A DNA stretch of 63,321 nucleotides, counting the filler, from Folioceros fuciformis (lineage: Eukaryota): assembly GCA_049999805.1 (NCBI GenBank). It is 7 parts of 7 records of this genome, joined end to end, with 100 filler letters (N's around TTAATTAATTAA, not from the genome) between each part and the next. Parts side by side here need not be neighbours in the genome. Positions count along the whole stretch, not along the records: positions 8,825 to 16,860 come from JBNGIO010004616.1; positions 16,961 to 24,964 come from JBNGIO010004617.1; 5 more parts are not named here. One strand, given 5' to 3'. The notes under the pieces were generated by a model, which searched no databases, was not told the DNA's origin, and was given only the letters and a program-made list of their open reading frames with translations. Made by a program: the position numbers and the translations under genes. Numbering within the stretch: the first letter of the stretch is position 1; each line of letters begins with the position of its first letter. Shown here piece after piece: positions 14,801 to 25,064 of the stretch.

Positions 14801-16826
14801 ATGTACTCCCCCCTGGCAGGTACTCTGTCTCCAGGCTTCCAGCCAGGTGGTGGGATCCACGAGGGGTCATCTATTCCAGCTGCTTTTCTGATCTCCATTA
14901 GACTAGCATCTTCAAGCCAATATTCCATGGCTCCATCTGCGTTGTAAGTTCGCCTGAAACGTTCACCAGAATTGACGATAGTGTCCGTCATGTGTTTAAG
15001 AAGGTGATCGAGGAGCCCTGTGTCTCCAATGTGTTTCCTCGCCTCTTCCCTTAGAGCAGGTCGGAGAATAGGCTTTCCTGGTATAGCACCGCGTTGATGC
15101 ATGATCTCTATAAGTTTCAGCTGGGCTGATTTGTATCTGTTCAGAACAACATCCAAGTGAGCAGGTGGTCATCTCTTCTAATACAGTATCGCCTCGAAAG
15201 TATTGCGCCTTCAAAAACGACACAACAAACGATATTGGAAATTCAAGAGGATTTGTCTCCGTGTGCAGGTAAAATACCTTTCACTCGACCACCTTCCCTG
15301 CATTTCCTTCGGGAGTTTCAGGATACTGGCTACCGGAGCAGGTTTGGTACTCGGCTCCTTAGTAATCAAGCTCACATCGGTTGCCATCGACGAGGAAGGT
15401 CCATCGCTCTCCGGGTTTGGTTGACTTTTGTTTGTTTTGCCCGCTTTGGAAGATTTTCTTTTTCGAGAACCGGCTTCTAGCTTGTCCTGATCAGGATCAA
15501 CCGGAACAACGGTTCCACAGCTGGGATTTCCTCGAAACTTGACTTTTCTTCTCGAGCCCCAAGTGATTTCTTCGTCAAGTTCCACTCTCTTGAGCCTCTC
15601 CGCATCGACCGCTGCATGTCTGGCAATGACGTCTATCCCGGACAGCAATATTGACCCATCCATTCCACTTGTTACCCTTGAAGGCCTGTGGTCGTTCAGT
15701 CTGTCAATCATGTCGAGATTTCGCTGTGGATCGACATTTTCCTGTCCGCGCCGTTTTGCTGGTCCAACATGTGTTGCGTTACGGCTTTCTCTCAACTGCT
15801 CAAAATATGTAGCCTGTGGCGGTGCGGCTCCTTTACCAAGGGGACATGCGCTCTTTCCATCCATGGGGAAGTCGAGGAATTGAGCAAGCTGCAGCAGTTT
15901 TCCGTCAGTATGGGAGCACGGCAGCAGCTTCTGGCGTCGTGCTTGTAGGCCATGTGTTGCATGCTGAGTGGATGCCCCTTCCTGGCCTTGCAAAAGTGGA
16001 ATCCCCTGGCGGTGCTGCGGAGTGATGTGAGCCCTTGACGACACAAACTCCCTTGCAGCTGAAATGTGCCCTTGAGCATTTTGTGAGGGCGAACTAGTAG
16101 TTACAGTGGAGTCGTACTCAAAGCTCAAGCATGACTTCAGTGAGCCTGTGAATTCTGCTTTGCTTGCCTGGCTAGCTCCGCTGAGGTCTGCCACCCAAAA
16201 TGTGCGGAGGTGGCCCTGATGCAGACTTTCCGTGCAGGAAAGCTGCCGCACCAAGACAGCTTTGGCTCGCTCGATATTGAAGGTAAATTGTTCATCCATT
16301 TCCGGTTTGGTGCCCATCACAGTCAGGTCTGTTGTTGTTCTCGCCTGGTTGCCGACCACTGGTGCGCCTGACCTGTGGACACCAAAATACATGTCGAGAG
16401 AGGCCGCACTCGGATACTTCACGGTGACATTCATGCTCGTCGCCTCTGCAACCTGTACAGCAGCCATCCACAACAAATGCACCAGTTCAGAGAATTGTGC
16501 ACTCCCATGCCAAGGGACTTGACAATGTGAACATTGTGTATCCTGCGTAACAGCCGTAGTCTATCTGCTGTTGGGAAGGTCCTCATACCATCACAACCCG
16601 GACCAGCTTTATGCTGGACGGGGCCTCTGCAGGTAAGCTTCCATGGGCAATCTCAAAAATAGTTCCAGCTTGCCGGTATTCCTCATCACACGAATCGAAG
16701 AGTCCAGGATGCATAGTTTGCGAATCTGAGGCTCCAAGGTCCTCCTCCTTCAAGGTGAAGAAACCATCCTTGCTTTGCGCTGAATATGTGTATCCACAGA
16801 CGTAGACATCCAGAGGCCCTGACGCT
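11872..16826 (-). CDS. DYAD/SWITCH1/AMEIOTIC1-like meiotic cohesion regulator, multi-exon; first exon probably in or beyond the gap
   Basis: N-terminal GTIFEIAHGSLP...IKLVRVVMV...VTVKYPS. Core domain GRWSSERYKSAQLKLIEIM...PILRPALREEARKHIGDTGLLDHLLKHM...GERFRRTYNADGAMEYWLE..L..IRK.AGI.DP.WIPPPGWKPGD. Coiled-coil exons follow, then a long terminal exon (ORF 11872-13263) ending SWLGLAPPPPQTS. Confidence 0.88.
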
Positions 16827-16960
16827 CTGGACGAGACAAGAGAGTGCGTAAGCAGAAGAGNNNNNNNNNNNNNNNNNNNNNNNNNNNNNNNNNNNNNNNN
16901 NNNNTTAATTAATTAANNNNNNNNNNNNNNNNNNNNNNNNNNNNNNNNNNNNNNNNNNNN

Positions 16961-17267
16961 AGTGTGTGAGAGAAGTCGCAGATCTGAGATGTTAGGGTCG
17001 TTGTAGTGACTGGAGTGAGTTTGTGGGCACCGAGAGAGGTGCAACTGACCGCCGGACAGCGAGGCCTGTCCTACGCCTGATCGGAGCTGGAGGGGAGCCC
17101 TCGAATCCATCATCGAGTCGATCAAGTCCGACCCTTTATCCACAGCAGCAAGGAACCCCATCGCTCCTTCGTAGGAACGAAACCCAATGTCTCAACGACA
17201 GTGGGATAAGTGTGGCCACTAAAGGTGGAACCCGTTGGCAATCAGTGCCCGGGGTTTTGCCTCCACA
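16961..17267 (-). mobile_element. LTR (partial, runs into gap) nested in the RT region of the minus-strand Copia
   Basis: Begins TGTGGAGGCAAAACCCC at 17267 on the minus strand; near-identical to 24734-24964 (+). Confidence 0.8.
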
Positions 17268-20200
17268 ACCATGCTCAAGGTGACTGCTTAAGACCGTAAA
17301 TTGTGTTCAGCAGGTTGCACAATTTATTGGCATTCTCTGGACTAATGTTCCCTGGTGGTTGTTGCATATACAGGGTCTCCTGCAGCTCTCCATGCAAAAA
17401 GGCAGTACAAACGTCCATTTGCTGAATACTCTGCGGCCATCGCCAAGAGAATCCAAACAGAGGGAGGCTTTACCACTGGAGAGAACGTGTCACCAAAGGG
17501 TATGCCAGGAATTTGACTGAAACCACGAGCAACTAGACGAGACTTGTATCTGGCGATTGTCCCATCTGTTTTCAACTTTGTTTTGAACCCATTTGCAGCT
17601 AATGGGTTTCTGTCCTGCAGGCAAATCCACAATCTCCTAGGTGTTGTTTTCGATGAGAGAAGCATATTCATCGTCTATGGACGCACGCCAGTGTGAACCA
17701 TCAAAGCCATTAACAGCCTCGTCATAAGTTTGTGGATCCGGACAAACTTCAAGTACTGTGAAGTCTGCAACATGAGCTTGAGAACCTAGTCTAAAATCAA
17801 TTGCCTTATAAGGTGGTTATGTCCAATGTTCACGGGAACGTCTCTCCTGTGTAGGGTATGTAGGCTCGACGACTACGTACGGCTCGTCTACAGCTACTCC
17901 CACTGCTTGGTCAACCGGGAACTCACCATATGACAGTTCAACTAACTCATCAAGATCTTGGAGAGAACCAGTGGATTCTGAGTGTTCATCATTCAGATCG
18001 AAGGCACCCTGAGCAACATGTGGTGCAACTGCAGTCTCTTCACCAGTCTCATCTCCAATCAAGGTGGGTAGATCATTCTTGCCATTAGAATCAGGGTAAT
18101 GCATTGCTGGTTAGCGAACAACTTGTTGTAGGGAGCCTGTGTTATTTTCTTCATCACATATACATGACTCATAAGTCACTGGAACTGTGCACTTTGTCCC
18201 AAACTTCGTGGAAGCTTGCCTTCTAGGAGTAGTAAGTTCATCAAAGGTTACACTTCGTGCCACTATCACTTTATGGGTTGCAGGATCAAACAGCTTGTAA
18301 GCCTTTGAGACTTTTGAATAGCCAAGGAAAAGCAGGGGTCTAGCCCTATCATCTAACTTGCGCCTCTTCTGTTTAGGGACATAAGCATATGCTGTGGAGC
18401 CAAACGCCCGCCAGTGCAACAAGCTCGGCTTCTTCCTCCAGAACACCTCATATAGAGTTTTTCTAGGTACTGCATTATTCAGCACTCTATTAAGTATGTA
18501 GGTAGCAGTTGAGATAGCTTATGCCCAATAGTGTTTGGGCAAACCTGCCCATCCAAGCATACTCTTAGTCATACCCATTAGGGTTTGGTTTTTATGCTCA
18601 GCAACACCGTTTTGTTGTTGAGTATATGGAATGGCTAACTGACGGATGATCCCATGCTTTGAAAAGAGCTCATCATATCGATGTCCAATGAACTCCCCAC
18701 CATTGTCAGTGCAAAAACACTTCACAAAATTGCCAGTTTGTTTTTGTACTATAGGAATCCAGGTTGCTATACACTCAAAAGCATCAATCCTGAGATGAAG
18801 TGGAACCACCCAGGTGTAGCGTGAGTAATCATCAGTTAAAGTGAGGTAATACTATGCTCCACCTAGTGATTTAACCTGCAACTTGCCAGCAATATTTGCA
18901 TGTATAAGTTCCAGCATTGCCTGTTGGTAAGTCTTCTTCTCTTTCCCCCTTCCCTTCACAAACGGCTTGCCCTTAGCTGCAAAAAGAACCTTCTCACCTC
19001 TTACTCTTGAGCCCTGACCTGGCTTGTGTCTGCTGGCCTCCTCTTGCAGGAGAGCCCCAACCATAGTATTCAAGTTCAGAGTATAAGGTTGATTTGCAGC
19101 AGAGGCAACATATGCTGCAGAGAGCCAAATTCTGTCCAGAGATAAACGTATGATAGGAGGAGGGCAAGGCAGTAAACAACTGGGCAACCATTTCAACCTC
19201 AGTGATCTTGGCACCTAGCACAGCCAACTGTGCTTGCAACAACTTCAACTTGGTAATTCCTGGTCCCACAAGGTCTCCTTCCCTTATCCTAAACGAGTGA
19301 AAGTCACTTCGCAAATTCATTAAGGTACAAACATTTTGTACCTTATAGGTATCTCTGAGCTGAGTCCAAAATTCCTGTGCTGTGTCCAGGAACTCAACCT
19401 CAATAATAGTTGCGGCATCCAACCCATACAATAAAATGGCAAAGGCTACTTTGTTGCCTTTGTCCCATTTTGCCTTCTCATCTGCTGTTGGTTGATGTGT
19501 AGCTGTGGATGGGACCAAGTAAGGGTTTACAATGCTCCCATCAACATACTCCCAAACATCCCTTGCATTCAACATTGCTTGCATTCGAGCCCTCCAACTC
19601 TCATAGTTTATAGGTTTGCCATCAAACCGATCCTTCTCCTTAAATTCACCCGAATAAGTACTAGCTTGAGCAGGAGTACCCATGTTGAAAGGAGGTAGGA
19701 CTGTATATGGGAGAGAGGAGAAAGCAAGAAATTGTGACTGCAGGGATTGAAGGAAGGAGGCTTCTGGGGCTAGATCCTCATCTACGTCACTATCTGAGTC
19801 CCCAAACAGCCACTCAAGGTCATAAGACATAAAGAGAAACAAAATGACATTTATTGTAAGTAAACGATGTTTTTAATGTTTTAAGATGTTGTCTTTAGGG
19901 TTAGATACGAAAACCCACTAACTCAATTGAAACGTTGCAGATGAACATGAATCAATGACAGGTGGCAGAGTTCATCAACCGTCACCCTGGGCCAAGTCGC
20001 CGGTTGGAGTCTGGCTGAGTGCCCCTGGCACTGTACCTGCGCCCACTCGCGTGATCCCCCTTTGTCGAAGCTGGGATCCCGAGTTGAGTCGCGCCCCTAC
20101 AAATCTGGTCGCCCACACTGCAGCACCATGAGGAATCCTTGCGTGAAGGCACCAAGGTCGGCAGATAGGTGGCAACAAGAGGTGCGCGAGCATACTCAGA

Positions 20201-21001
20201 TCCAAATTCAGCGCGCTCCAATCTCAAGGTGAGAGCAGCTAGTGAACTCTGCACATTTTGAAGCAATTCATGCATCACTAGTAGACGTTCTCCCTGGTTT
20301 AACAGCAAGCAGCATCCGATGCTATCTCCTGAGAGAGGGATGTCCTCAGCGCTGAGAACTCTCTTGTGCAAAGCCTCCAGCCTGGAGTTAGATAACAATC
20401 CACCGTTTTTGAACCTATCTCTGAGATCCGTCCTTGAGTCTGGAAATTGAGTACCACTTGGAATTCTCCTATAAATATGGCAGGAACGTGGAGATAAAGC
20501 TGGCTCCTCCAAGGTGAACTTATGGGATCTTCTCCCTGGGGAGGAGACCATGTGACTACGCCCACCTTGATGATCAGCTTGATATAGACGATTCCAGGGC
20601 TACCTCCTCACTGATTGTGAGAAAGGATCACCCAGACATCGCCCACGCCTCCGCATCATTATACAGGATCAACAGTCTCCATTTCTTTTTATAGCATACA
20701 CTAAAACTATCTAGATGCAGACAAAAAAGTACTGAGCATCACAAAGTCACACATTTCGAAGAAGGAAATTTGTGCACTAAGTGATTAGATAAAGACGGTC
20801 TATGCTAGCATTCTATATATTGAATCGACAGAGCTGGTGCTATGATACCATGCTAATATATGCGGAAGCGTGCTCACAAAAAGAAAAAGAGCAATTAATT
20901 AGTTAAGGACCATGTGTCCTTAAATACAAAAAAGTTTGAGTGTCTTTTGAGTTAACTCCTTAAATGTAGTATAAGTCATGTTAGGGTTTCCATCCCTAAC
21001 A
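17268..21001 (-). mobile_element. Decayed Ty1/Copia element (copy 1): 151-bp 5' LTR, Met-tRNA PBS, extra 5' ORF, gag, internal deletion, integrase, partial RT
   Basis: LTR 20851-21001 (TGTTAGG...TAGCA). PBS TGGTATCATAGC at 20850-20839. Gag DRFDGKPINYESWRARM...LNARDVWEYV. Integrase TDNGGEF, PYTQQQNGVAE, KRRKLDDRA. RT RYKSRLVARGFSQ..DTFSPV. Confidence 0.93.
19982..20659 (-). pseudogene. Extra ORF between PBS and gag of Copia copy 1 (~225 codons, one internal TAG), unknown function
   Basis: ATG at 20659 (MMRRRGR...) is in frame with the 19982-20551 ORF; a single TAG lies at 20602-20600. It aligns in frame with 22085-22740 (+). Confidence 0.7.
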
Positions 21002-21701
21002 TGGAGGAGCATAATCCTCATCGGGCCTCACCTCACCGACACAGGTATCTCCCGCGAATTCCTCTCGTGGACTCACCCCGCTTACCCCACCGTTGGATCA
21101 TTAAGGTTTAGGTGATAATGATCTAGCTGTCGTTTGGCACAATTAGCTTGCCCAAGTCTTAAAATACCTTTTGCATTTATAGTTGTCCTTCGGGCTGCGG
21201 CCCCATTTTGGTTATAAAAATCGGACCTACTAACACAGCATGCGCCTTGGATCTTTCCATATTCGCACCCATCTCCGCTTCCCCCCCCTGTCTCCATCTA
21301 CCAGCTCTCCACTCTTGGTCGTGACCTTGAGCCTTCGTCACATCGAGGGGTTTGGCCCCTTTTCGACAGTAAGAGCAACCTTGTGATGGAAGACTAGGCG
21401 ATCTCCCTCTAGTTGATGGAGATTGCAGGAGCTATAGAATTACCACGACGTTTGAGGGTCGAACCCGATAAGCCTTGCTACGATGACTAGTTGAGAGCAG
21501 AGCCCTAAGGTAAGCTTAGGGCTCTGCTCTCAAACCGAAGTGTTCTTCAAGGCATTATTGTAAGGCAATCGATCGAGGCATGGAAGCTCTAATACCATGA
21601 ATAAAACGGAGAGCAAGTGCTTATTACATAAAACAAAACTTATCTATTTATCAATAATAACAAAACATTACTTTGTGTTTTTGTCCATGTACCCCTCAAC
21701 A
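21002..21701 (-). mobile_element. Fragment of a third LTR element: short putative LTR, PBS and non-coding leader
   Basis: PBS TGGTATTAGAGC at 21597-21586, directly after ...TTATTCA. Candidate LTR 21701-21598 (TGTTGAG...CA). Perfect 19-bp hairpin in the leader. No gag recognised. Confidence 0.55.
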
Positions 21702-21731
21702 TATGCGCCTCTTTGTATAACTAACTAAACT

Positions 21732-24700
21732 TGTTGGATATAAAACCCTAACATAACTTATGGCTTAGTCTAACCATAAGCTACTCAGTTAACCCAAAAG
21801 ACACACATACAATTTTTGTATTTAAGGATATTTTTCCTTTTATTTATTATTACAATGTTTTCGCTTCCACAATTAGTAGCATGGTATCAGAGCCTAGCTA
21901 TATATGTTTTCACTCTAGAATCGTGCTAGCATAGATAATTTTAGCTGCTCACATAATGCACAAATTTCCTCCTTGGAAAATGTGCGATTGTGTGACCAGA
22001 AATTTATCTCTGCCTGCACTATATATTTTGTTAGTTTAATCCAAAACTTAATGGGATTGTAAATGAGTCTATTGATTCTGCAGTATGACGCGGAGACGTG
22101 GGCGACGCCCTGATGATGTTCTCTCACAATTTGTGAGTATACATAATAGGAATCGTCCACAACAAGTTGAGCATTGTGCGACTTCACAAGATCAACGTCA
22201 TAGTTGGACAAATCCTCCTCCAGGCTGGATATCTCCTTTTCCAAAGAGAAGATCTCATCAACTCGACTTGGGAGAAAGGGCTCCCTCTCTACTTCCTGAG
22301 CGTGGATCCTAACAAACATTTTCTCTGCATCCTTGCAATACCTGCAGAAGTTATTCAAACAGGCTATTAGATCCTTCGACAAAGTTTGAGAGGATATCCA
22401 CTAATTAGAATGAGTTGGCTGAGCTTAGACTTGAAGCGCGGCGCAATAGAGTTACCAGTTCAGATGAGACTCTTTTCTCGCAAGTCTGCAGAGAACATTT
22501 ATTGCTGTTGCAATAGGGAGAATGACTGACAATGATGCATGATCTGCTTCAGAGTGTACAAAATTCCCTCTCAGCCCTCACCTTGAAATTGGAGCGTGCT
22601 GAAGTGGGACCTGTCTCTGTGAGATCTCCCCAGGTCGCGACCTACTTGCCAAGTCTGGTACCTACACGTGAAGAGCCTGCAATGGCGTCACCTTGTGGGC
22701 GATCAGATATGTAGGGGTGCCACGCGCCTTGACTCGGGATCTCTTCTTCATCCTTGGAGAAGGATCGCCAAGGTGGGTGAAGCACACACAGCGCTAGAGG
22801 TGTTTAGGGAGATCTCAACCACCGCCTTTGTATGGATTGACGGTTGAGAAGTCCTGACACCTATCGCGTGTTCATGTTCACCTGCATCGTTTCATGTTAT
22901 TTTATGATGTTTCATATCTAAACCTAAAACAGTTAACTTAGAAACTAGACATACCTTCTGTAAACGTCGTTTCGCATTAAGTCCATGTCTTTTGGTTTAA
23001 ATTGGTTATTTGAAGATTCAGATAGTGAAATCGACGAGGACTTTTCCACATAGTTCTCTTTCCTTCAATCCTTGCAAGCACAGTTCCCTTCCTTCATCCT
23101 CCCATCATACCTTGTTACTTCGGGAGTTGTCCCTGTACTCAACATGACTGTGTCCACAAATATAGGGTCATACTCTGGTGAGTTCAAGGAAAAAGACTGG
23201 TTTGACGGCAAGCCTGTAAATTATGAAAGCTGGAGGGCTCGAATGAAGGCAAACCTGAATGCTAGAGATGTGTGGGAGTATGTTGATGGCTCAGTGGTCA
23301 ATCCTCATAAGATACCTGCCACAGCAGCAATTCAACCGACAGCAAATGAGATTCTCAAGTGGGACAAAGGAAACAAAGTGGCATTTGTGATATTGTTGTC
23401 AGGACTAGATGCAACGACAGTTACTGAGGTCGAGTTCCTCCAAATAGCAGCTGATATATGGACTCAGCTCAAGGATACTTATCAGATGCAGAATGTTTGC
23501 ACCCTTATGCATGTCAGGAGTGATTTTCACTCTTTCAGGATGCGAGAAGGGGAACCAGTTGGCCCTGGCATCACCAAGCTGAGACTATTGCAAGCACAAC
23601 TTGCATCACTAGGGGTCAAGATTAGCGAGGTTGAGATGGTTGCCCAACAGTTTACTGCGCTTCCCTCATCTTACTAGACCTTCATTTTTGGACAAAATTC
23701 GGCACTTACTGCAGCATATGCTGCTGCTGCTGCTTCTAATTAGGCTTACTCCCTCAACCTGAATACTGTGGTCAGAGCTCTCTTGCAAGAGGAGGCTAGC
23801 AGACGCAGACCTGGTCAGGGAGTTCGCACTCAAAGTGAAAAAGTCCTGTTTGCAGCAAAAGGAAAGTCGTTTGTGAAGGGGAAGGGGAAGGACAAGAAAA
23901 CTCACCAAACAGGGCGTACCTTTGGTGGCTCGACTTCTTCAACTCCCTCCATCAAACGACAAGGCAACTACAATTGGTGTTAAATACCCGGCCATTGGGA
24001 GCGGGATTTTTGCAAGAAAAAGGCTGGTGAACGTAAGAAGGATCCTCGTTCGGAGGCACATGTTGCTGCAAAGGACAAAGGATCTACTCCACACAAGAGC
24101 AGCTCGACAGTGTTGACTATAACATCAGTTTGTTTGTCTTCTTCAGCAGATTCAGCTTTCTGGTTCATAGACTCTGGGGCCACTTCTCATGTGTGCAATA
24201 ACAAGGACCTGTTTGCCACACTTACAACAGAAGTCCCACCACAGTCAGTTTATGTGGGGGATTCTACAGGCATAGAGGTTTGTGGAGTAGGGTCAGTCGT
24301 GATTACCTTAGCCGATGAGTCAGACATCCTTCTAGATAATGTTCTGTACGTGCCCAAGATGTCAAAGAACTTGCTGTCAGTCCGTGCAGCCACCCAGTCT
24401 GGTAAATATGGCTTTACGTTTGAGCAAGGTCATTGTTGTCTCTATGATCTCTCCAGACCTGGTAGGTGCATAGCTAGAGGACAACTAGTTAACGAGTTGT
24501 ACCAGCTACATAATTCTGCTGAACCAGAAGCATGTGTTACCTCCACCATATCTGAAGCAAACTTGTGGCATGCAAGGCTTGGACATGTTAACATAGAGAA
24601 GCTGAATCTGATGGCTTCCTTAGATTGCTTTAGGGAAAAACTTCCCTCCTATTTTAAGCATCTCCCTGTTTGTCAGTCTTGTGTTATGTCGAAGCAGAAG

Positions 24701-24733
24701 GAACTTCCCTTCAAAAATAAACAGGCATAGAGG
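21732..24733 (+). mobile_element. Decayed Ty1/Copia element (copy 2, same family as copy 1): 150-bp LTR, PBS, extra 5' ORF, gag, zinc knuckle, protease, pre-integrase
   Basis: LTR 21732-21881 (TGTTGG...TAGCA) is similar to the copy 1 LTR. PBS TGGTATCAGAGC at 21882-21893. Gag FDGKPVNYESWRARM, protease WFIDSGATSHVC, then LWHARLGH...CQSC. Confidence 0.93.
22085..22740 (+). pseudogene. Extra ORF between PBS and gag of Copia copy 2 (several stops, one late frameshift)
   Basis: MTRRRGRR...RRSH...LRLEARRNRV...LLLLQ*GE*LTMMHDLLQSVQNSLSALTLKLERAE...ATYLPSLVP, then GDQICRGAT in a shifted frame. Homologous to 19982-20659. Confidence 0.7.
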
Positions 24734-24964
24734 TGTGGAGGCAAAACCCCGGGGATTGATTGCCAACGGGTTCCACCTTTAGTGGCCACACTTATCCCAC
24801 TGTCGTGGAGACATTGGGTTCCGTTCCCACGAAGGAGCGATGGGGTTCCTTGCTGCTGTGGACGGAGGGTTGGACTCAATCGACTCGATGATGGATTCGA
24901 GGGCTTCCCTCCACCTCCGATCAGGCGTAGGACAGGCCTCTCTGTCCAGCGGTCTGCTGCACCT
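24734..24964 (+). mobile_element. LTR (partial, runs into gap) nested at the start of the integrase region of Copia copy 2
   Basis: Starts TGTGGAGGCAAAACCCC immediately after pol ...PFKNKQA; same sequence family as 16961-17267. Confidence 0.8.
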
Positions 24965-25064
24965 NNNNNNNNNNNNNNNNNNNNNNNNNNNNNNNNNNNN
25001 NNNNNNNNTTAATTAATTAANNNNNNNNNNNNNNNNNNNNNNNNNNNNNNNNNNNNNNNNNNNN

